A stretch of DNA of 64,000 bases from Minisyncoccota bacterium (GTDB lineage Bacteria > Patescibacteriota > Minisyncoccia > Phycocordibacterales > Phycocordibacteraceae), in the NCBI GenBank assembly GCA_036405415.1, contig DASWXP010000002.1, forward strand, positions 272,351 to 336,350, in the 5' to 3' direction. Every line of letters begins with the position of its first letter. The stretch's first letter is position 1. The notes under the pieces were generated by a model. That model made no database searches. It saw nothing but the letters and a program-made list of their open reading frames with translations, and was not told the DNA's origin. The position numbers were made by a program, and so were the translations under genes. Positions 20,530-31,494 of this stretch are shown in pieces.

Positions 20530-20845
20530 GGACCCTGGCCTGACGACCGCTGCCCTAGGCAGAGGAAAGTCCGAACACAGGCTCACCTTGTGTGAGCAGT
20601 CTGGTAGCAGGTAACGCCTGTCCGCCGTAAGGCGCGAGGTGCGAACAGAAACGACGGATGCCGAAAGGCTACGTACTCTCCTTTGGAGAGTGTCCTAAGG
20701 GCGACCTTAGGCTGAAACGGCTAAATCCTTACCGCTGTGCAAGGCCGTGCCCATCATTGTGTGGGAGCGCCGCTCGAGGTGCGTGGCGACACGCATCCCA
20801 GATAGATGGTCGTCCGCGACAGAATTCGGCTTATGACCAGGATCC
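20530..20845 (+). ncRNA. rnpB: RNase P RNA
   Basis: GAGGAAAGTCCG and ACAGAATTCGGCTTAT P4 motifs; GGACCCTGG/CCAGGATCC P1. Confidence 0.95.
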
Positions 20846-20851
20846 GCTTAC

Positions 20852-20883
20852 ATGAAAGAACCCGCTCGCGCGGGTTCTTTCAT
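20852..20883. terminator. Bidirectional terminator after rnpB
   Basis: ATGAAAGAACCCGC-tcgc-GCGGGTTCTTTCAT. Confidence 0.85.
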
Positions 20884-20884
20884 A

Positions 20885-21343
20885 TTAAAGTTTCGGAAGC
20901 GGCACGCGTGTTCCCACGTCCCATCCCTGCCTACGCATCTCGCCTGCTCTCGTCTCAAGCACGAGACGCACCGGACGCGGCGGATAGAACACCGCAGGGA
21001 ACGTGTCCGGAGAGACGTTCTCGTCGATTTTCAGAACCGTCCCGTCCTCGGAAAGCCATGCGATATCGATCGATACGCGCATGTCCTTCATCCAGAACCC
21101 GTACGAGCCTTGGGCAGGGAAGACGAAGAGGAGTCCGTAGTCTTCGGGCACATCCGTGCGTCCAGAGAGTCCTTGCACGCGTTCCGCGTCAGTGTCCGCG
21201 ATATCAAACACAAAGTCGCTCTTTGCGATCTCCGTATACGTACTAACCGTTTCCCTTTCAGAGTGCGGGATAAGGAAGTACCCCAGCGCGCCGATGACCG
21301 CGAGCGCGACGATGCTTGAGATGATCGCGGTCCTGATTTTCAT
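20885..21343 (-). CDS. DUF192-domain protein
   Basis: ADTDAERVQGLSGR, GLLFVF, FWMKDM, VLE. Confidence 0.9.
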   Translation of the reverse strand: MKIRTAIISSIVALAVIGALGYFLIPHSERETVSTYTEIAKSDFVFDIADTDAERVQGLSGRTDVPEDYGLLFVFPAQGSYGFWMKDMRVSIDIAWLSEDGTVLKIDENVSPDTFPAVFYPPRPVRLVLETRAGEMRRQGWDVGTRVPLPKL

Positions 21344-21346
21344 GAG

Positions 21347-21433
21347 CGGAGGCGGAGAGATTCGAACTCTCGAGAGCCTTTCGACCCTGCCACCTTTCCA
21401 AGATGGTGCACTAGACCGCTATGCGACGCCTCC
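21347..21433 (-). tRNA. tRNA-Ser(GGA), CCA not encoded
   Basis: GGAGGCG acceptor, CCATC-TTGGAAA-GGTGG, long variable arm. Confidence 0.94.
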
Positions 21434-21461
21434 GTGCGTGGCTGTTATACCACGAATCAAT

Positions 21462-22361
21462 CTATTTCGCTCCCTGACCGAGAAGCGCCGCGACGCGTGC
21501 CTCAACCGGCGGATGTGTCGCGAAGATGCGATTCATGAACTTTCCTGCCTGCGCACCGAACGGGTTCCCGATGAACAGGTGTGCAGTAGCGTGGTTCGCG
21601 CGGCGCATCGGGCGGCCGTCCTTGGCGATCTTCTGGAGCGCAGACGCGAGACCCTCAGGATAGCGCGTAAGCAGCGCGCCTGAAGAGTCCGCAAGAAATT
21701 CCCTCCTGCGTGAGATCGCGAGCTGGATGAGCTGGGCTGCGATAGGCGCAAGCACGATCGCAACCACCGCGAGGATCGCGAGTATGGCGCCTGCCTTGCT
21801 GTCATTATCGCGAGAGCCGCCGCCAAAGAGCGACATGCGCAGGAAGATATCCGCGACGATCGCCACGAACCCTGCGAGCACGACCGCTACCGTCATGACG
21901 AGCATGTCCTTGTTGCGGATATGAGAGAGCTCGTGCGCAATCACGCCCTCGAGCTCGGTGCGATTGAGGATCTGTAGGAGTCCGGTAGTAGCCGCGACCA
22001 CCGCATGCTTCTCATCGCGTCCGGTAGCGAAGGCGTTCGGCGCCGGGTCCTCGATTACGTAGAGCTTCGGCATCGGCATACCCGCCGTTATAGAGAGGTT
22101 CTCCGTGACGGTATAGAGGTCGAAGAACTCCTCGCGCGATGCAGGACGCGCGCCGTTCATCGTGAGCGCGATCTTGTCGGAGAACCAGTAGCTCCCCACG
22201 TTCATGAGTACCGAGAAGATGACCGCGCCCCAGAGAATGGCAGGGGAACCGTAGTACCAGGAGATGGCCCAGCCTATTGCGGTGACCACCAGGAAGAACC
22301 CGGCCATGAGGACCCAGGTCTTCATCACGTTCTTCGAGCGCTCCTGATAGAGGTTAGCCAT
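21462..22361 (-). CDS. htpX: Zinc metalloprotease HtpX (M48)
   Basis: PNAFATG, AHELSH, SRRREFLAD, THPP. Confidence 0.95.
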   Translation of the reverse strand: MANLYQERSKNVMKTWVLMAGFFLVVTAIGWAISWYYGSPAILWGAVIFSVLMNVGSYWFSDKIALTMNGARPASREEFFDLYTVTENLSITAGMPMPKLYVIEDPAPNAFATGRDEKHAVVAATTGLLQILNRTELEGVIAHELSHIRNKDMLVMTVAVVLAGFVAIVADIFLRMSLFGGGSRDNDSKAGAILAILAVVAIVLAPIAAQLIQLAISRRREFLADSSGALLTRYPEGLASALQKIAKDGRPMRRANHATAHLFIGNPFGAQAGKFMNRIFATHPPVEARVAALLGQGAK

Positions 22362-22407
22362 GTGGTGTTTCCTTACCTACTAAGACGCACGACCGCGCCT
22401 GCCCTTT

Positions 22408-22968
22408 CTAGAACGAGACCTTCACCGGCTCGCGTGCTGCTTCCTCGACTTCGGAAAGCTCGAACAGTGCCATCTGCGAGAAGCCGAACGGCTTCGCGAT
22501 CACGTTGCCTGGGAACTGCTCAACCGCGGTGTTAAGGGTCTGCACCGTGGTGTTGTAGAAACGGCGGCTCGCCATGATCTTGTTCTCCGTGTCAGAGAGC
22601 TCGCGCTGGAGCTCGAGGAAGTTCGTGTTGGCCTTAAGGTCCGGGTATGCCTCGGAAACCGCAAAGAGGGACTTGAGCGCGCCCGTAAGCATGTTCTCCG
22701 CTTCTGCGTGCTCCGTTACGGTCTGCGCGCCCATAGCCTGCGTGCGCGCCTGCGTCACGCTCTCGAGCGCCTGGCGCTCATGCGCAGCGTACCCCTTCAC
22801 CGTCTCGATGAGGTTCGGGATGAGGTCGTAGCGGCGCTTCATCTGCACCTCGATATCGGACCATGCCTCCTTCGCGCGGTTGCGCATCGAGACGAATCCG
22901 TTGTATGCGAACACAACCCAGAGCACGAGTACGGCAACGATGCCGAGCACGATCCAAAGAGTCATCAT
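22408..22968 (-). CDS. lemA: LemA family protein
   Basis: RRYDLIPNLIETVKGYA, YPDLKANTNF, RRFYN. Confidence 0.96.
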   Translation of the reverse strand: MMTLWIVLGIVAVLVLWVVFAYNGFVSMRNRAKEAWSDIEVQMKRRYDLIPNLIETVKGYAAHERQALESVTQARTQAMGAQTVTEHAEAENMLTGALKSLFAVSEAYPDLKANTNFLELQRELSDTENKIMASRRFYNTTVQTLNTAVEQFPGNVIAKPFGFSQMALFELSEVEEAAREPVKVSF

Positions 22969-23083
22969 ATATAGATATTGTAGGATTTCTGCGCATCCGC
23001 GCAAGGAAGGGAATTCATATCCCCTTCATTGCCGACGGGGCGTTCCGGAGGTATGGTCGAAGCAGAAACGGAGGATGCACACC

Positions 23084-23215
23084 ATGAGCTTATCTGCATA
23101 CGAACTGGCCGCCCTGCTCGGCGCGGCTCTGCTCGTTCCCAAGGTCCGCGAGTTCTGTTCGGGCTTCTGTTCCGGCCTGTTCGGCTGGGATGGCTACGAC
23201 TCAAGCGAACGCTGA
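23084..23215 (+). CDS. 43-aa microprotein in promoter-SD-terminator cassette
   Basis: TTGCCG-17-TATGGT (23029-23057), GGAGG 9 nt before ATG, MSLSAYELAALLGAALLVPKVREFCSGFCSGLFGWDGYDSSER*, hairpin 23233-23267. Confidence 0.6.
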   Translation: MSLSAYELAALLGAALLVPKVREFCSGFCSGLFGWDGYDSSER

Positions 23216-23280
23216 CGGCCCGAAGCGAAAGCGAAAATGCCGCGGCTTCTCAGTCGCGGCATTTTTCATTTCAGAATTTC

Positions 23281-24924
<1,644 letters not shown>

Positions 24925-24943
24925 TTAGAGAGGGAAGTAAGAC

Positions 24944-25252
24944 TTAGGAAAGGATCGCGAGCACGTTGGACTCGGAGAGGATGTAGTACTCTTGTTCGTC
25001 GACTTTGACCTCGTCGTATCCGTACTTGGAGAAGAGGACAGTATCGCCAACTTTTACTGTCATAGGAATGAGGTCGCCGTCCTCGTAGCGTCCGCCACCA
25101 ACCGCGACCACGGTCCCCTTCGAGGGCGCATCTTGTTTCGCCGAGTCCGGGATGATGATGCCGGAAGAGGAGACCTCCTCCTTCGCTTCGGGCTTCACGA
25201 CCACACGGTCGTTGAGCGGCGTAATAGAAAGGCTGTTCTTTGGCGTAGCCAT
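24944..25252 (-). CDS. groS: Co-chaperonin GroES
   Basis: PLNDRVVV, GIIIPDSA, VKVGDTVLFSKY. Confidence 0.98.
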   Translation of the reverse strand: MATPKNSLSITPLNDRVVVKPEAKEEVSSSGIIIPDSAKQDAPSKGTVVAVGGGRYEDGDLIPMTVKVGDTVLFSKYGYDEVKVDEQEYYILSESNVLAILS

Positions 25253-25293
25253 AGGAAAATGATTCGCTTATGCGGTTACTAAGAATGGCCCGT

Positions 25294-25358
25294 TTCTAGG
25301 CACGATTCCCCTGCCTAGAAGTTATCCACAGTATAGGAATGAGGGTTTAGAGCGTCAA
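25294..25358 (-). promoter_or_regulatory. groESL promoter with DnaA box and 9-9-9 inverted repeat
   Basis: Minus-strand TTGACG-16-TATACT; TTATCCACA at 25322-25330; TTCTAGGCA-N9-TGCCTAGAA at 25294-25320. Confidence 0.6.
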
Positions 25359-25451
25359 ATCAATCTAAAACTCCCAGCTATTGACAAATGTGCATTTATG
25401 TATGTATAGTTATATGCAGAGTTAACCCCTGGCCCCGGAAAGGAACCAGCC

Positions 25452-25739
25452 ATGAACGTCGTAATCCCCTGCCTCGCCTACCTCCTGATCGCGCTCGCCA
25501 TGAGCTCGTATCTGGTGGTCAGGTTCATCCGCCTACCAGCTTCGGTCGATCGCGACGACGCGATGTCGACCTTCATCGGCTATGCGCTGACCGCGCTGGT
25601 CGGCCTGTTCCTGCTGTCGACCGCGCACTACCAGTTCGGCCTGGGCGGCCTGTGGGCCGGCGTCGGTGCGCTTGCCGCGCTGACCGCGCTCGTCGGCTGG
25701 TCGTTCCGTCAGGAGAAACGCTCCTTCCAGCTGGCCTGA
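25452..25739 (+). CDS. 3-TM hypothetical protein in promoter-SD-terminator cassette
   Basis: TTGACA-18-TATAGT (25381-25410), AAAGGA SD, CTG/GCC-rich codons, hairpin 25761-25790. Confidence 0.75.
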   Translation: MNVVIPCLAYLLIALAMSSYLVVRFIRLPASVDRDDAMSTFIGYALTALVGLFLLSTAHYQFGLGGLWAGVGALAALTALVGWSFRQEKRSFQLA

Positions 25740-25862
25740 GCGTGCCGTGCCGCTGATCAGGCCCCCGGGAAATCCGTCCCGGGGGCTTTTGCATTCCCCA
25801 CTCCTTGACTTGATGAAATTTATACGTGCTACCATTTCCTCATACAACTTACTGAAGCATTC

Positions 25863-26567
25863 ATGAAAGAAGGAAGTCCATTTACAGTGGTAAGCGAACC
25901 AAAGCGTTTTTCACCCGAGGATATGGTTGCGGCAGGAGAAGCTTTTGCTACTAACCCAGTTCAGTCAGAATCAGAGCCTGCCGAGATGTTTGATAGAAGC
26001 GGCATGGCCACACTTGGCGAAAAACTTGCTTCAGAGACTGCGGAATCAGTTTCAGCGGCAAACGAAGCTACCGTAGTACAGCTTAGCGAGGTCAGAGAGC
26101 GACTACGAGGACATGTCGAAACAGCGGTGGAAACGGCACCTTCCGCTCCCGAGACTTATGCAGAATCACCGGAAGCCACTCCAGAACAGATAGATACGTT
26201 CCTCCGTAAGGCATATGGCAGTGATGGATACAAAAACCATTCAGGCATCTACAGTGACAGCACGCCTGCAGAAAAGTTCGCGCACGTGATGCAGTCTCGC
26301 GAAAGCCTAGCAAGCTCAAGCAGGAAATCGACATCATGGTTCGCAGGTATTCTGAGCTCGGGAGCTGGCTTGGGTGCCGTAGCGGCTTTGGGTCTCACCG
26401 CGATTCCCGCTGCAGTTGCTGCGCCACTGCTTGCTGGACCTGCAATCGGCTATGGAGCTTACAGACTCTTGAAGTGGAACTTTAATCGGCAGCAGCGCAA
26501 ATTTGCTCGAGAAGCAGAGGAGCTCGGAATCACGACTGCAACCACTCAAACACGACTCGCTGCGTAG
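25863..26567 (+). CDS. Hypothetical protein with C-terminal Gly/Ala hydrophobic hairpin
   Basis: 234-aa ORF, lower GC, own terminator 26592-26619, no SD. Confidence 0.7.
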   Translation: MKEGSPFTVVSEPKRFSPEDMVAAGEAFATNPVQSESEPAEMFDRSGMATLGEKLASETAESVSAANEATVVQLSEVRERLRGHVETAVETAPSAPETYAESPEATPEQIDTFLRKAYGSDGYKNHSGIYSDSTPAEKFAHVMQSRESLASSSRKSTSWFAGILSSGAGLGAVAALGLTAIPAAVAAPLLAGPAIGYGAYRLLKWNFNRQQRKFAREAEELGITTATTQTRLAA

Positions 26568-26720
26568 CAGAATCACTACTTTCTCATTTTTAAAACTCCG
26601 GTTTGATTCCGGAGTTTTTGCTATCATAATTTGACACATATATTAGGATTATGTTATATTAATTTCCAGAGCACCTTGATAGTTGCTTTGTTTCAGCCCC
26701 GAATCTCGCAGGAGTCCCCA

Positions 26721-27356
26721 ATGCTCGACTACGCTTTTCCGCTCGGCATCATGGCCACAGCGGCCATCGTCACCCTGGCGTTCTGGCTGCAGCGGAGCGC
26801 CTTTTTCCGCTTCAATCACGAGCGCCGGAAGGATGACCCCAAGGTCAATACGCACGAGCCGAGCTGGGATTCCTTCAAAAGCTTCGTGCAATTCGCCATG
26901 ATCGCCATGCTCGGCGCCTTCCTGGGCTCCGGCGAACCGATCGTTCTCGACTATCTGCAGCGGGAGCCATTCCTGCGCACGGCCGCCGTCAGCATCATCG
27001 TCCTCTGGTACGGGTGCTATGCGCTCGTGCTGTCGGCAAGGAGCCTGATTTCGGCGTTCCACCTCTTGATCCACTTCTACAACGTGGAAGCGAAAAGCTC
27101 TGAAAGTCTCCAACAAGAGCATCAGCGCTTCCGCGATCAAGCCGATGCCGCCGCCTTGCAACGAGCCAACGAGGCCGCAGCCTCCGCTCGCGCCGAAGCC
27201 GCGGCGCTACGCGCTGAGCTCGAGGCCGAGCGGGCAGGTCGTTCGGCGGAGTCCACTCCGACCGTGGGAGACGCTCCGCCGGTCGAGCAGCCCGCCCCGG
27301 AGGCATCGGCCGATGCCGGGGTCGTCCGAATCGACAACCGTCGCCAGGCTGGCTGA
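26721..27356 (+). CDS. Membrane protein (3 TM plus coiled coil) in promoter-SD-terminator cassette
   Basis: TTGACA-18-TATATT (26631-26660), AGGAG 6 nt before ATG, hairpin 27369-27397. Confidence 0.75.
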   Translation: MLDYAFPLGIMATAAIVTLAFWLQRSAFFRFNHERRKDDPKVNTHEPSWDSFKSFVQFAMIAMLGAFLGSGEPIVLDYLQREPFLRTAAVSIIVLWYGCYALVLSARSLISAFHLLIHFYNVEAKSSESLQQEHQRFRDQADAAALQRANEAAASARAEAAALRAELEAERAGRSAESTPTVGDAPPVEQPAPEASADAGVVRIDNRRQAG

Positions 27357-27435
27357 ACGAAGGCAACCACCCCCGGGACTCGTGTCCCGGGGGTTTTGCA
27401 TTTCCTCCCCTATTTTGGTATAGTCCGCCTCACAG

Positions 27436-27666
27436 ATGGAGACTCTCTCGGCAGCATTGCCCTACATTCAGATAGCACTCTCCCTTCTTCTTATCGCGGG
27501 GATCGTCCTTCAGAACCGAGGGGCGTCCTTGGGTGGAGCCTTCGGAGGCGACAACTTCGCGTCTACCTTCTACAAGCGCCGCGGCGCTGAGAAGTTCCTG
27601 TTCAACGCGACCATCGTCATCGCTATCCTCTTCGTAGCCGCTGCGGTCGCAGGCCTCTTCTACTAG
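27436..27666 (+). CDS. secG: Preprotein translocase SecG
   Basis: VLQNRGASLGGAFGG, RRGAEKFLFNAT; two TMs. Confidence 0.93.
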   Translation: METLSAALPYIQIALSLLLIAGIVLQNRGASLGGAFGGDNFASTFYKRRGAEKFLFNATIVIAILFVAAAVAGLFY

Positions 27667-27703
27667 CCTGCTCCGGGGCGCCATCTGTGCCCTAATTCCG
27701 CCT

Positions 27704-29401
27704 ATGCGGCCCTCCCCTTTTTACGTACCTGAAAGCAGTGACTCGCCTCTCATAAAGGCGCAGCGCTTCCTTCGTTCCCTCTCGCCAGGAGACCGCGCGA
27801 TCGCCGCAGTGCTCGGGCTCTTGCTCGTTACGTCTCTCTTTTCAGGTCTCGTAGCGCTCATCCGCGCGTACCAGGTGACGGTACCCGCGTATGGCGGAAG
27901 TCTTACGGAAGGCGTGATCGGGTCACCTCGTTTCATCAATCCCCTGCTCGCGCTTTCTGACGCGGACCGCGACCTCACGTCCTTGGTCTATGCGGGGCTC
28001 ATGGGCGTGGACGGAGACGGGAACATGGTGCCCGTGCTTGCGGAGCGCTATCTCGTGTCTGAGGACGGGACCGAATACACGTTCCTCCTCCGGGAGAATG
28101 CGAAGTTCTCGGACGGCTCTCCGGTAACAGCTGAGGACGTGGTGTTCACGGTAGAACGCGCTCAGGATCCGGCGCTCCGCTCACCGGAGCTCGCGAACTG
28201 GGCGAACATTCGGGCTGAAGCGGTAGACGCGCGCACCGTGCGCTTCACGCTTCCCCAGCCGTACGCGCCGTTCCTTGCGGACACCACGCTCGGCATCCTT
28301 CCGGCGAAGCTCTGGAGGAACGTGCCCGTGGACGAGTTCTCGTTCTCGCCGCAGATGACGGAGCCGGTGGGAGCAGGGCCGTTCAAGGTGTCGCGCGTGA
28401 CGAAGGACAAGGCCGGGAAGATCACCTCGATGGAGCTTTCCGTGTTCAAGGCCTACGCGCCGGGACGCGCGCATCTCAACCGGATCACCATGAAGTTCTA
28501 TCAGGACCAGGAAGCGCTCAAGGACGCATACGACAGCCGGCAGATCGAGAGCGCGTACGGCATCCTCGCGAAGGACATGCTCCGCGCTCCGTACTCCCGC
28601 GTATTCGGCGCATTCTTCAACAGCGACGAGAACCCGGTGTTCGCGAAGCTCGAGGTGCGCAAGGCGCTCTCGTTTGCGGTTAGTCGCGCCCGCATCACGC
28701 AGGACCTTCTCGGAGGCAACGCGACGCCTTTGATGGGCCCGGTTCCTCCGGGAAGCGGCGTGACTCCTTTCCCTGTCCCTGAGGGCGATCCGGTTACGCT
28801 TGCGACCGAGGTCCTTACGGACGCCGGATGGGAGCGCGACGAGGAGACCGGACTCTGGGGAGACGGCGAGACGATCCTTTCATCGGTCACGCTCAAGACC
28901 GCGAACGTGCCCGAGCTCAAGGCGATCGCGCTTTCTATCGAAGCGGACTGGGAGGCGCTCGGCGTACCTACGGAAGTCGAGCTCTACGAGCCCGGAGACC
29001 TCGCGAGCTCCGTGATCCGCCCGCGCGCGTACGAAGCCTTGCTCTTCGGCATGGTTATCGGCCGCGATCGCGACCTCTACGCGTTCTGGGACTCGGGAGA
29101 GCGCTCCGATCCTGGCCTTAACATCGCCGCGTACGCGAACCGCGCCGTGGATCAGCTCCTTGAGAGCGCGCGTCAGGAGCTTGATCCTGAGATCGCGCGC
29201 AAGGATCTCGAGGAGCTCTCTACCCTGATCGCAGAAGACTACCCTGCTGCCTTTACGCACGCACCGGACTTCCTGTATGCTATCCCTAACAGCGTCCACG
29301 GCGTACGTCTCCCCCAGATAGCAGCACCGTCGGACCGATTCGCGACCGTCGCGCATTGGTACCGGAACACGGAGGAGGTGTGGCCCGTCTTCGCGAAGTA
29401 G
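27704..29401 (+). CDS. Peptide ABC transporter substrate-binding protein (family 5)
   Basis: YTFLLRENAKFSDGSPVTAEDVVFT, PVGAGPFK. Confidence 0.92.
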   Translation: MRPSPFYVPESSDSPLIKAQRFLRSLSPGDRAIAAVLGLLLVTSLFSGLVALIRAYQVTVPAYGGSLTEGVIGSPRFINPLLALSDADRDLTSLVYAGLMGVDGDGNMVPVLAERYLVSEDGTEYTFLLRENAKFSDGSPVTAEDVVFTVERAQDPALRSPELANWANIRAEAVDARTVRFTLPQPYAPFLADTTLGILPAKLWRNVPVDEFSFSPQMTEPVGAGPFKVSRVTKDKAGKITSMELSVFKAYAPGRAHLNRITMKFYQDQEALKDAYDSRQIESAYGILAKDMLRAPYSRVFGAFFNSDENPVFAKLEVRKALSFAVSRARITQDLLGGNATPLMGPVPPGSGVTPFPVPEGDPVTLATEVLTDAGWERDEETGLWGDGETILSSVTLKTANVPELKAIALSIEADWEALGVPTEVELYEPGDLASSVIRPRAYEALLFGMVIGRDRDLYAFWDSGERSDPGLNIAAYANRAVDQLLESARQELDPEIARKDLEELSTLIAEDYPAAFTHAPDFLYAIPNSVHGVRLPQIAAPSDRFATVAHWYRNTEEVWPVFAK

Positions 29402-29502
29402 TGTGAACAGTCGATAGCCTAGAGGCCCATATCGGCATACAGGCTGCCTACTGCGCATACGTGCGCTTCATTGAAAAAACTATCAGATAACAATCATTCA
29501 TT

Positions 29503-31419
29503 ATGTCAGCAGCACCCGCGCCGGCTCCGGCGCCAAGCTCCCGCCCGAAGCCAGATGCTCGTCCGACGCGTCCTGAGGGCGCACCATCGCGCCCGCGCGG
29601 CACCCGCTCTCGCGGCACCCGCGGCGGACAGGGTCGTGCTCGTGGCGGTCGCGCATCGCGCGATATCCGCCGCACGCTTGGACGCCCCGGCGCAAACGAA
29701 GCGCCGCGCGAGAAGAAGCAGGCGGAATACCTTCCGCAGGCGCCAGGAAAGGACACGGTACGCATCGTGCCCCTCGGAGGCGTCGAGGAGGTGGGACGCA
29801 ACATGTTCACCGTCGAGACCAACGGCGATATCTTCGTATTCGACGTGGGCTTCCAGTTCGTGTCCGAGGACACGCAGCCGGGCGTCGACTACGTACTTCC
29901 GAACACTAAGTACCTTGAGGTGAACAAGGACCGCATCCGCGGCGTATTCATCACCCACGGCCACCTCGACCACATCGGCGGCATCCCGTTCCTTATGGAG
30001 CGCATGGGCAACCCGACCATCTACACCCGAACCCTTTCGGCGACAATGATCAAGAAGCGTCAGGAGGAATATCCGGACCAGGCTCCCCTTAACATCGTCG
30101 AGGTGGAGGCAGGCCAGCAGATGACCATCGGTTCTACCAAGGTCCGCTTCTTCCAGGTGACGCACTCGATCCCTGACTCCATGGGTATCGCGGTCGAGAC
30201 TCCGTACGGAGACGTCGTCGCTACCGGAGACCTCAAGCTCGATCACGACAATGGCATCCCGACCGATCGCGAGATCAAGGTCTGGGGCGAGCTCGGAAGC
30301 CGCAAGAACCTCTTCTTCATCGCCGACTCCACCAACGCGGAGCGTGACGGCTTCTCGGTCCCTGAGAAGAAAGTGCACGAGACTCTCGAGGAGATCGTGC
30401 GCACCGTGAAGGGCCGCCTTATCATCGGTACCTTCGCGTCTCAGTTCGAGCGCATGGTCCGCATCATCGAGATCTGCGAATCGCTCGGCAAGAAGGTCAT
30501 CACCGAAGGACGCTCCATCAAGACGAACCTCGAGATCGCCCAGAAGACGGGGCTTCTCAAGGTCAAGAAGGAGACGATCATCTCTTCCCAGGAGATCGGC
30601 GACTATCCTCCGGACAAGGTGGTTATCCTGTCGACCGGCGCGCAGGGCGAGGAGTTCGCCGCACTCATGCGCATCGCGACCAAGCAGCACAAGTCGATCA
30701 CGCTCACCCCGCGCGATACCGTGGTCCTCTCGTCCTCGGTCATTCCGGGCAACGAGATCTCAGTGCAGCGACTCAAGGACTGCCTCTACCGCAACGGCGT
30801 GACGCTCATCCATTACAAGTCGTCCGACGTGCACTCGACCGGCCACGGAAACACGGGCGAGCTCGTATGGATGAACAAGCAGGTCAACGCGAAGTACTTC
30901 ATGCCGGCCTACGGCTACTACTCCATGACCTACTCGCACGCGAAGGCGGTCGAGCAAGCTGGCAGGCCCCGTGAATCCATCGTCGTGGCGGATAACGGTA
31001 CCGTCATCGATATCGGTCCAGACGAGAAGCTCAACGTGCATAAGCAGAAGGTGCCGTCTTCCCCGCTCGTCGTGGACGGGTACTCGATCGGTGACTTCCA
31101 GGAGGTCGTGATGCGCGATCGCCAGATGCTCGCGAAGGACGGCATGTTCGTGATCATCGCGACCGTGAACCTCAAGACCGGAAAGCTCCGCAAGTCTCCG
31201 GACATCATCTCCCGCGGATTCGTATACCTGCGCGAGAATCAGGAGATGCTCAACCAGGCGCGCCTCCTCATCAAGAAGACCGTGGAAGACACCACGCAAG
31301 GCATGAACCCGGTCGATCTCGACGAGGTGAAGAACGCGCTTTCAGACACCATGGCCGGCTTCCTCTTCATGAGGACCAACAAGGCGCCGATGGTGATCCC
31401 AGTCCTCATCGGGGTGTAA
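29503..31419 (+). CDS. rnj: Ribonuclease J
   Basis: PLGGVEEVGRNM, THGHLDHIG, HSIPDS, DSTNAE, HSTGH. Confidence 0.95.
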   Translation: MSAAPAPAPAPSSRPKPDARPTRPEGAPSRPRGTRSRGTRGGQGRARGGRASRDIRRTLGRPGANEAPREKKQAEYLPQAPGKDTVRIVPLGGVEEVGRNMFTVETNGDIFVFDVGFQFVSEDTQPGVDYVLPNTKYLEVNKDRIRGVFITHGHLDHIGGIPFLMERMGNPTIYTRTLSATMIKKRQEEYPDQAPLNIVEVEAGQQMTIGSTKVRFFQVTHSIPDSMGIAVETPYGDVVATGDLKLDHDNGIPTDREIKVWGELGSRKNLFFIADSTNAERDGFSVPEKKVHETLEEIVRTVKGRLIIGTFASQFERMVRIIEICESLGKKVITEGRSIKTNLEIAQKTGLLKVKKETIISSQEIGDYPPDKVVILSTGAQGEEFAALMRIATKQHKSITLTPRDTVVLSSSVIPGNEISVQRLKDCLYRNGVTLIHYKSSDVHSTGHGNTGELVWMNKQVNAKYFMPAYGYYSMTYSHAKAVEQAGRPRESIVVADNGTVIDIGPDEKLNVHKQKVPSSPLVVDGYSIGDFQEVVMRDRQMLAKDGMFVIIATVNLKTGKLRKSPDIISRGFVYLRENQEMLNQARLLIKKTVEDTTQGMNPVDLDEVKNALSDTMAGFLFMRTNKAPMVIPVLIGV

Positions 31420-31494
31420 GCAAGGACGCTTCATGCACAGAAAATGCCGCATCGCTGCGGCATTTTCTCTTTACCGGATGCTAGAATTCCTTCG

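Noticed and set aside
25294-25320. Canonical CIRCE call
   Set aside because: Geometry matches but the sequence does not; kept only as a hypothesis.
25322-25330. DnaA box as a possible oriC
   Set aside because: Single perfect box with no cluster and no dnaA/dnaN nearby.
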